NCBI GenBank assembly: GCA_030141605.1
Contig: JAQGDQ010000154.1
Span: 419,501-483,500, forward strand
DNA from: Tubiluchus corallicola
Taxonomy: Eukaryota > Animalia > Priapulida
Length of the DNA stretch: 64,000 nt
Direction: 5' to 3'
Both the position numbers and the translations under genes were made by a program. Of the stretch, positions 55,158-64,000 are shown one piece after another; the first letter of the stretch is position 1, and every line of letters begins with the position of its first letter. The notes under the pieces were generated by a model that saw only the letters and a list, made by a program, of their open reading frames with translations, did no database searches and had not been told where the DNA came from.

Positions 55158-55457
55158 TGTACGGAGTTTATTAACAGCACTAGTAAAAATAGGGGACCAA
55201 AATACACGTGCACAAAAAATTGACTAACTAACTCAGTAACAGTACTACACCCGAGGAGCACCTATGTCAGAAAAATCAAGGCTGTAGTGACCTCTACACG
55301 CTTTTATACTGGCATTCCAGGTCAGCTGGCTTCTCACACCACGTGTAGGCCCAAACAAGACGTCTGGACCTACAAGAAAGGGGTGAGGCGCTGCTGACGT
55401 GGAAGCAGGGCGTGTAGCGGGCCCTACACCTGACCCGACACAGGTGCCTCCGTAACA
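55158..55457. mobile_element. Short element with TGT...ACA inverted termini (solo LTR or MITE)
   Basis: TGTACGGAG at 55158 and CTCCGTAACA ending at 55457. GC-rich interior with an internal inverted match (GGAGCACCTATGTC / GACACAGGTGCCTCC). No perfect TSD. Confidence 0.45.
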
Positions 55458-55841
55458 ATATTAAATCACACACACTGCCTACATCACACCTACTTCGTCT
55501 GTCCTTATTTAAATTATGTCAGCTCCCTTTCGTGAGCCACATGCATGAGAATTCTTGACCATTCACATTACTTTCAAGGAAAATTCCTTCATTTGTATTT
55601 TGGATTAAATAAATGCACTCCCGCAAATAAAGGATTCTTCAAACAATGCAACATCCTGTTAACTGACGCACAGTGTTTTATAACATTACGATTTTTGTGC
55701 ATAAATCTAATAATAAATTATTAGTTGTATTTCGTAAAAATCCTATTAAATTAAGTGTAAGATTTTGTAATATACGATTTAATCAATTCTTCTTTCTTTG
55801 CTGGTAAGCATGTCATCATCCTCACTGGGCAGTGGTCATGA

Positions 55842-56126
55842 AAAATTTGACCAAAATATTTTTAAATGTAAAAAAGCTTTATATGTTTACAGACAATAAT
55901 CCAGACTTATATAATTATTAGTGTTATGGCAAGTAGAAGTCAAACTTGTTGTGTGTGTATATAATTACATTCTAAACTAGCACTGTTTTTTATCTTTGAA
56001 AGCGCTATTGAAAGAAGTGTTTATACGGTAAGGACTTTAACTTAAAATGACCTGTATGTCTTGATTATTGTCAGTAATAAAACGTATAAAGCTTTTTTAC
56101 ATTTAAAAATATTTTGATCGAATTTT
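55842..56126. repeat. Foldback/MITE-like inverted repeat (~70-bp arms)
   Basis: AAAATTTGACCAAAATATTTTTAAATGTAAAAAAGCTTTATATGTTT...GACAATAATC matches the reverse complement of 56055-56126. Confidence 0.8.
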
Positions 56127-56208
56127 ACAATAAAAGAATATTGAAATAAAAAATAATTTTAATAATTTTTTATTTTTTCTAAATAAATCCACGACACGCT
56201 CAACATCG

Positions 56209-56378
56209 TTATATGGGAGGCGAAATATTGTCTTTCCAAAACCATTTTTCATCACCTAACAGTTCGACCAAATCTTTATTGAATGGTAAATAGAATTCAT
56301 CAAGTAGTTTCCTGGTGGATTCTAGCATTGTTAACAAATTTGGAGATTTGTTTTTTCTTATTTCGCCTACACGTTGTT
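56209..56378 (-). CDS. Sulfotransferase last exon (EQRVGEIRKNKSPNLLTMLESTRKLLDEFYLPFNKDLVELLGDEKWFWKDNISPPI*)
   Basis: Strong polypyrimidine acceptor ttttttctttttttcag|. The MLxxTRKLLxEFYxPFNxxLxxLLxDxxWxW C-terminal motif is CHST15-like. TAA at 56211-56209. Confidence 0.9.
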
Positions 56379-56534
56379 CTGAAAAAAAGAAAAAACGTGT
56401 GAGAAAACATGTCAAGTAAACGGCATGTAAACGACATATTTAAAATCGTGCATCGATGTATTCAAAATATGCTTATGATTTGCAAAGATGGATTGGCAAA
56501 CTAATATATGACCTTCAAACTAACATTTCATGTA

Positions 56535-57120
56535 AGGTATGACCATCACACAAATATAATTTACTTGTCTGTTAAAACTCTTAAAGTGAAAGAAATATAT
56601 GACATGTATTGTCTTCATTTCATGTATCAATATCATAATTCATTTCTACCACCAGCTTTTCAGTCATACTTTAGTCTAGTTTCAAATCAACATGATCATT
56701 ACACAATATATTCAGTCGGAAACTATGTACTTCCTCTTCCAAACACAAATATAATGAAACAGTCGTCATAATATAATGCTATCAAAATATGGTCGTCATT
56801 TCCGCCTGAAATGAAAACTCTTAGTCTTTATCAATTTAAAAAGGCATTAAAGAATTACTTACTACGGTATAATTAACTCACAATTTTTCTCATCCTGATT
56901 TTGACTTTACTAACAAAACTTATTTTGTTCTAATGTACGTTATAACTGATGAAAATACTATGTAATGTTAACTGTGAATTGTTGCACTTATCTGAAGGAG
57001 GACTCGAAAGCATAATGCTCCTTCCCCCTCCTCACAGTGACTCGTTTATTTTATTTTATAATGTAATAAAAATTTGTATGCATGCTTACATGTACGATTT
57101 GCTGTGAAATAAATTCATAA
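56535..57120 (+). mobile_element. 5'-truncated CR1/L2-type LINE remnant (ORF2 C-terminus and 3' UTR) in a sulfotransferase intron
   Basis: LKVKEIY...FMYQYHNSFLP..F..YF...HDHYT...YVLPLPNTNIMKQSS*YNAIKIWSSFPPEMKTLSLYQFKKALKNYLL is the typical post-RT tail, interrupted by an in-frame stop. Ends near GAAATAAA at about 57110. Confidence 0.75.
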
Positions 57121-57231
57121 TACATGTACAGTGGTAATTCAGTGGCAACGATTCACTTTTAATTTAGACCACTAGGTTTACTTGCCAAACTTAAACTACG
57201 AACTTCTAAAGTGTCAAGTTTGCAGCTTCAC

Positions 57232-57385
57232 CTCTTAATCCCAGGAACTTGTAGATTTGTTGAGCTGTGGAGTTGACGCCTTTGATCATGTCTTCGAACC
57301 TGATTAACAACATTTGTTCTCGAGGAAAAACACGCAGATAATGTCGCAAATATGCCACATAGAGGCCTCTGTCAACTGCTGGATC
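57232..57385 (-). CDS. Sulfotransferase penultimate exon (DPAVDRGLYVAYLRHYLRVFPREQMLLIRFEDMIKGVNSTAQQIYKFLGLR)
   Basis: The GLYxxYLxxYLxVFPREQxLxIxFED...IxxFLGL pattern is characteristic of the CHST15/HS3ST sulfotransferase fold. Phase 0 in, phase 1 out (donor G|GTGAAG), matching both neighbouring exons. Confidence 0.9.
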
Positions 57386-57659
57386 CTGTATCGAAACAAT
57401 GGTTAGATAAATGTTTCAGTAATCAAACTTTGCGGTAGTCAGTTTATCAATCAACTGGTTTGAGGTTGACTCATTCGCTCATTTTACCTCTATCATCTTT
57501 GTATTTTGTTTGTCTCTTCAATTTTCACTTTTCTGAACTTTTTTCCCATTCTTTCGCTCTCGCCCCCTCTCTCACCTGCTCTTTTCCCCCTCTCCCCTAG
57601 TCCCTCTTTCTAATTTGGAATGTAGGTTATATATTTTCTGAATAAAAGATTTATGATAA

Positions 57660-57813
<154 letters not shown>

Positions 57814-58539
57814 GCTACCCATTCTGTTTTCGTTATTTTAAATTATATATTTCGTTATTTTCGTGCATGTGTAAGCCATGGCTTTCTCCCCGATACTTGC
57901 ATGTTGTCGATGCTGGTTCTCTTAGTAAATAACAAGAATAAAAAGATAACAGAATAATTACAGACCAATTGCGCTGTCAACAATTCACAGTAAACTACTT
58001 GAAATGGTATTACTCTGTTTACTCACTAGGTACAAAGATTCTATTCCGACTCTTCCAAATCAGTTTGGCTATGTAGAAAAATGTTGAAACTAAAATCATG
58101 CTTATTTATGATTGATTCAGTTCATGATTTTGACAACCGTTTCTTAATAAATGATTTGGATTCGAGTTTTCTGATAATTCGAATTCATTCTCCTTATGTA
58201 GAGGTAGTATCTCTTCATATAAAGTAGTAACACACCCATCAAAATACCGTCCAAGTGCCATTTATTTTTAGCCCCACCCAGTTTACATTGTGCTTATCAG
58301 CATCCAGACGTGTCGTCGTGTCAGTGTGGTGCGTATGCGTTTTTACCATCCAAGCACCTGTTCCGAAGTAGCAGTCAGCACGCAGGACCCAGGCGGAACA
58401 CTCTGGCAAGTTTGGCACCAAATTTTTACTTTACATGCCGTTTGGTTTTTCTGGTTTGATTGATTTTGCTGGTAAACTACAGTTGGTGAGCAGCAGGCCC
58501 ATTTTTGTTACAATACATTAACATTTTTGCTAATCGTAC

Positions 58540-58732
58540 CTTTGCAGAATTTTTCCTAAATGCTTTATCATAAGCGCAGGGGTATTTCTCGAAGTTGTCC
58601 ATTTTTGCTGTGACGGAACAATTTTGATAAATGGCTATTTTCGTTTTGACGTATTCGTGAATTTCTTCGGGAGTGAGTTTGGAGTCTCCTCTCTCCATTC
58701 TCCGCCCCAGAGCGTTATACCACGACAACAGT
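58540..58732 (-). CDS. Sulfotransferase (CHST15/GalNAc4S-6ST-like), internal exon (RLLSWYNALGRRMERGDSKLTPEEIHEYV...RKNSAK)
   Basis: Minus-strand acceptor tttttcttctctacag| and donor AAG|GTACGA. Begins with the RxxSxY half of the 3'-PAPS-binding motif. Its upstream exons were not found and presumably lie beyond the window. Confidence 0.85.
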
Positions 58733-58948
58733 CTGTAGAGAAGAAAAACTGAAACTATTTCGAAGGTGATGTGATGTGGCTTGGTGGATGTGATATGGTT
58801 TGCTATTATGGATTTATGTACAAAAATGCCTTGCATAGTGTTGGCTAGTAATGATTAACGTTTATAGATCTTCATATAGACTTGGGGGAATAAAAGTTGA
58901 GGATATTAAAGAGTAATTTCTTGTTATGTCCATTGTAACCTTTCTGAA

Positions 58949-59100
58949 AGGAAAATTGGACGATTTATTAGACTCAATCTCGTTTCAATTTACTGACCAA
59001 AATATACCTTTTCTTGCCTATAAAAGTTAGCAATTATTTCTTACATTTGAACAATTATATTGAAAGTTAATTAACCACAACCGAACACAGGTATCGCTTA
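58949..59100. repeat. Dispersed repeat (~150 bp), copy 1
   Basis: GGAAAA..GGACGATT.ATTAGACTCAA.CTC...TTGCCTATAAAA.TTAGCAATT...GAACACAG.TA.CGCT.AC aligns with 61608-61760. Confidence 0.75.
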
Positions 59101-59624
59101 CCTGTTGTGTTCTTTTTTGATTCTCATACGTTAGATAAATTATTTTTACATTTTTCTGCGATTTCTTCCGTTACAACCTCGTTTATTTTGATAAGTTAAA
59201 TCATATCTGTTGTTTTGTTGTTTCAGTTTGTGCCTTTGGATCATTAATGTATTATTTATTCTTCTTACTGGCTTCATTTATAGTTTGATAATGGCTTCAG
59301 TAGGCGAAGCAATCGTCGCTCAGTAAACATGATGTTTCCTAGAAGCTGGCCTTTCGTGTATCTATGATAGATTCTTGTTCATAATCGGGCCTTCGAGACA
59401 ACAACAAAAATTCAACAGGCAGGACTTTCTAAACCCCAGAAGGTCAGTGCTTTCTTGGCCATATAGCTGATCCCAAGCGGGAGAATAGAGAGGATAATGT
59501 GTGGAATGGATGCAAGTATCTGTGGAAATTCTTCCGAGGGTAAGAATGTCCCGGAGCTTTCGAAAAGTGATAAAGTTTTTAAACTGTTTATAACACGAAC
59601 AATATCCGTTTCATAAACAACCAA

Positions 59625-59700
59625 TTATAATAAATTTTATCACGTTTTTATTAAGAAAACAAAAGTTTCCACTGCTCAGTAACAGTCATCTTCGGGAAAT
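59625..59700 (-). mobile_element. Penelope-like terminal-repeat remnant with a decayed minimal hammerhead motif
   Basis: Minus strand reads CCGAAGA-T-GACTG-TTACTGAG-CAGTG-GAAAC followed by TTTTGTTTTCTTAATAAA. The canonical core is CTGAnGA-stem II-GAAA. Confidence 0.45.
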
Positions 59701-61004
59701 AGAAAACGATCTAAGATGGGTTGTGAACTTTCATTTTACCTTTGTTTTTGCCATTTTTCAAATTTTACGAGCATTTGAAAATTTAGCTGGACACTGATTG
59801 TCTTTGAATTTTTACTGGAAAAACAATAAAATTTTTGTCCTATTGCTGATAATTTTATATAAATGTTTTAGTGCGAATAGTTGCCGATAGATGTCACAAT
59901 TCTTAGTCTCGACTTACCGTGATTTGGCTTCCATAGCAACTTGTTAACAACGCGGCAAGTAACTTACTCGTTGCAACTAACACGCCACAAGATGTTGTTT
60001 TAGAAATTGATCGGTCTTATATAGATTTTGGTGAGACTAAGTTTACTGGGGAGAGTTGGGGTAGATCCTTGCTTCTTCAGTCAAGCAAATGTTGCCTCAG
60101 CAAGGGCTTATCCTTTCAACGATCAGCCCTTCACTGTTGTAAGTCACAAGGTGCATAATGCAGCCAGCTGTGAACTGGAGACCCACAGAATAGGTAATAG
60201 AGGGTAAGCTATGATCTACACTGTGATGAACCCAGCTGTAACTGTGTATGCGCCCGTTTGCGAGACGGGAGCGACAGGTTGATCCGATCTCCGAACTCGA
60301 CCTTATGCTAACGAAAACATATGCTAAGTTTTAACCCTAACAATAGCGCCACTCGACGACATTTAGTTTTGATTGCAAGAAGTTACTAGAGACAGGAGTG
60401 ATACGTAGATTTGTTTCTTTTTTACTAATCTACAACTATAGGCGCTAATTGGCTTTAATGCCGCGTGGACTTTTCACTCAGCTTTCACTAAAATTAAGTT
60501 AATGGGTTTTAAGTCTTGCACCGCTTAATAACGGCTACTTTGCAAACTGATTTGACCTGCCAACTTGACACTAGCATTTTTCCAGCCAGCAAAAAAGAAA
60601 AAGGCATGCATACCCAGAAATTCTCACAGAGATATTTCTTTTTTATGTTGAAAGCGTAGTTTTATCCCTCCTTCGGCCAGCTATTACATGGTATTTTAAT
60701 CTGTTTAAACTATTGATAGGACCGGCATGCCTATTGGTAGAAAAATGGACGAATTTATGAAACTGAAATTATTAACTTCAAAGTTTAGCAACGTAGGATT
60801 TCGCTATCTACACGAGCAACAAATTTATATAAAATATGACCGAGACACAGTAAAAAGAGGTTACACATGTGTGCACTGCACTGCAGCATAAGTTCCTGTT
60901 GTTATGTTCGCGTTGTGCGCTCATAAGAGTCAATTTTTAAGAGCTAAGTGTGGTAGAGTAAAAGAAGAGGAGGCAGTGAACAGATAAAGATAACAAAACA
61001 GACA

Positions 61005-61252
<248 letters not shown>

Positions 61253-61607
61253 GCCTTTTTGAGAAAAGCTCAATGGAAAGCAGAACGAACAGACGTTAAT
61301 GAGAGCAGGTTCTATTTTGGTTTCTAATCTTGAACTTTGAATTATTATTCTTAAAAAAACGTTGCCATTCAAGCGTACATTATAGACAGGACAGGATCCG
61401 AAAGGACAGAGTTGCGATAAAAGTTTTAAAACTATAACATCTTTAAGATTAAAAGGTCAAAGTTCAAGATTAGAAAGTCAAAAGTAGGGTCTGCATTCAT
61501 TAGTTGCCTATCTGTTTGGCTTGCGACATGTTTTTTTGTTAAAAGAAACGCTTTGTGGGCAAGAAATGCTCAAAATCGAATTAAATTCGACAAAATCGTT
61601 GTTTATA

Positions 61608-61760
61608 GGAAAACCGGACGATTGATTAGACTCAACCTCATTTTAATTTACTATCCAAAATGTACACTTTATTGCCTATAAAATTTAGCAATTGTTTCTA
61701 AGGTTTGAATAATTACCTTGAAAAGTTGATCAATGGCAACTGAACACAGTTACCGCTAAC
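61608..61760. repeat. Dispersed repeat (~150 bp), copy 2
   Basis: Direct-orientation homologue of 58949-59100. Confidence 0.75.
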
Positions 61761-61943
61761 GTCACAAACTAACCACAGTTTGTGCAATGGTAGGCATCTT
61801 TCCTGTGACAAAAAGGCGTCATTCTCAGTCTTAGCGGATTCGCTAAGTCATGCATAGCTTTGAAAGTTTAACAACTTTTAACTATCCGAGGTTATTAGTA
61901 TTTAATTTAAGCTTTGATTTAAAAAAGGCAATTGTAGTTTTCA

Positions 61944-62919
61944 ATGAAGTTAGAAGACGTTGATGAGCTAACCAGCCTAGCACCTCTCTCTAAACCCCAG
62001 ACAAAGACCAGGAAAAGTTGCCAAAATGCAAAACCATACAACAGTCATTAAAGCTTCGAGCCTGTGGAGAAAAGCTTTGCGACAAATGCTACAATAAACA
62101 GTACGGCAATACACTCATTAAACAGACTGTACAGGAAACAAATCAAAAATCGTCAAATCACGAAGAAGATTTGGTCAACCACAGCATAATCGTTGATTAT
62201 GAATTCCCAAACACTATTGGTGATCAGGACCATAACAACTCTCCTAAAAACCAACCAGCGCTGATGTTTGTGAATCCCGATACATCAGATAACGAGTCAG
62301 AATCCGAATATGACACTCCGCCAGTAACAGAAAAGTTGTTTCCATTAACATGTATTAATCCGCAGCCACTACATTCTAACACGGAAAGTGAGTTTATGAA
62401 AGCCAACTCGCATGTGAATAACTTAGTTGATGGAAAACAAACAACGCTTCTCATTTCCAACAGCCTTGGTGATCTGCCCGAACATGACGGTATTTTTCCA
62501 AAAACAGTCTGCATCGGAGACTGTGAAAATCTGAAATTAGGACAACGATTATTAACACTCCAATTTAAAAATAAACAGAGTCAACGTCAAGTCACAAGCC
62601 TAGAAGCACAGCTTAGAGCTTCTTACGCAGAACAAACAACACTGAATAAGGAAATTACCAGACTGCATAACCTCATAGAAACACAACAAAGTGAGACTCA
62701 AACATCAAGTGAGCTTGACCTAAGACTACTACATCGAAAAATCGACAAACTGAGCTACTATCTACAAAACGAATCGCCGCAAAGTGTATGGCAAAAAATA
62801 AATGAGACTGAAGAACGACTGAGTAGAAAAATAGAAAAGTTGTATAGCCTTATGACACAACGGACGTGCGGAGATGAGCTTTTGATATTAAATGAAACAG
62901 AAGCAAGAATAGCAAAAAA
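61944..62919 (+). mobile_element. LINE ORF1-like 5' part (Cys-rich finger and coiled coil), frameshifted pseudogene
   Basis: The ATG 61944 frame (MKLEDV...KTRKSCQ) shifts near 62022 into KCKTIQQSLKLRACGEKLCDKC, restoring CxxC...C...CxxC. A long heptad region follows (VTSLEAQL...LNKEITRLHNLIE; TEERLSRKIEKL). Confidence 0.6.
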
Positions 62920-64000
62920 TTTACGCACGAGTTATTTTCGATCCGATTTTGAGATATTATTACGCAGCAAGACGTGCATACACGTTTCAGTGTACCAGAG
63001 ATTGGCACTGGACACATCTGTCTTGAGTTTGTACATTCTTTACACAATATTCGTTTATTTTGAGTAAAACTTAAAATTTTTCGTTTAAAATTCATGATTA
63101 AAATATATGTATATATATATATCACGCTTATTACAGTTATTTACAGTTTAGTTCACTCGTGTCATCTTAAATAAACTGTTTAATAGTTTTCCAATTTTAT
63201 AGAAACTTTGAAATGAATTCTTTTACTAATCCGGTAAACAGATTTTCAATTTCTGATTTTAATGCCTCTTTTTGAATGGGCTTAGTATCACCTGAAGGTT
63301 TATCAGAGTCATTTGCATAATTTACAGGAGTTGGTAATAATGGTAATCTTTTAACGGCATTCGCGTAACTAGCTGGTTTATAATTATATTGACAAAGTAA
63401 AGTCACGAGTAACTGTATCTTTGTTTTGATTAGTCTTAACTCTATACCATCGATTTGGGTCATTAAACAAACATAGTTTAATGCATTCTCGCAACTTTTG
63501 TACACCTAATCTACTCAGGTGTAATCCGTCTCTCGCAATTAAATTATCATCTTCAAAATGACATTGCAAATTGCACAAAATTGTATTAGTTTTAGTTGTC
63601 AGAGTTTCGAGTTCACTGTTAAATAATCGTAACACTCTATTCACCGAACTGATATTCATGGGTTTAGCAGTTGAATGTTTGTTTGTCTTTACAAATGGAA
63701 TATTGCATACAAAAACATTACAAGGGTTAAACTTATTTTTTACACTTACAATGCATTGTTCCATTTGTCGTGTTAGTGACTTGAGTATTTCGTCTAGGTG
63801 AGTGTTCTGGTCGTTTTCTCGATTCTGTTGAATATGTTGTCTTACGTCATTGATTCCACACGTTATGATAACGTTTTCCAATTTCTTCTCAGGGTATCGG
63901 TCTCGTACGAAGGCTGTCATTTCGTTCAGGTTTATCCCTCTGTAAGAATGCACCTGTAGATTTTTGGCTATTTCTTGAGGATTCAAGTAAGCGGTTCGGG
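62920..64000 (-). mobile_element. LINE ORF1 C-terminal SGNH/GDSL esterase domain, ORF1 tail and probable ORF2 start; continues beyond the window
   Basis: VIITCGINDV (block III GxND) and ARDGLHLSRLG (block V DxxH) at 63384-63986. A frameshift near 63385 leads into ...SYANAVK...KFL* (63197). A Cys-rich ORF (CKEC...CTSC) starts near 63095. Esterase-bearing ORF1 is established for CR1/L2/RTEX LINEs. Confidence 0.75.

Noticed and set aside
59412-59624. 70-aa ORF starting VVYETDIVRVINSLK, faintly like a LINE ORF2 pre-RT segment
   Set aside because: The resemblance is limited to about 15 residues and cannot be supported without a profile search.
59915-59960. Possible upstream sulfotransferase exon ending CACG|GTAAGT on the - strand (also the donor near 59100)
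   Set aside because: The phase fits, but there are in-frame stops a few codons upstream and no RNP/RDP motif. The true upstream exon is probably outside the window.

Overview
AT-rich (roughly one-third GC by eye), microsatellite-rich genomic DNA from an invertebrate animal. It is not prokaryotic, and most listed ORFs are simple-repeat artefacts. The main feature is a complete five-exon Vsx (Chx10/ceh-10 family) homeobox gene on the + strand: join(15873..16329,31186..31267,36956..37079,49624..49804,50895..51178), 375 aa, with an eh1/octapeptide, a basic NLS, a Q50 paired-like homeodomain, a CVC domain and an OAR motif. About 16 kb of gene-free upstream DNA and the large introns carry candidate enhancer islands. 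The last three exons of a CHST15-like sulfotransferase lie convergently on the - strand (58732..56209). The rest is mobile DNA and repeats: Kolobok-like and Harbinger-like MITEs, LTR remnants with tRNA-Leu primer-binding sites, CR1/L2-type 3' fragments, an internally inverted esterase-ORF1 LINE, a decayed Penelope-type hammerhead, minisatellites and microsatellites. I see no evidence for a wholly new biological system. The best leads are (1) a stop-free stretch before Vsx exon 5 in which every AG is an in-frame alternative acceptor inside the CVC domain, (2) an LTR with nested, decayed PBS units, (3) the inverted LINE and (4) a 90-bp satellite born inside a MITE. All coordinates and counts were derived by hand.
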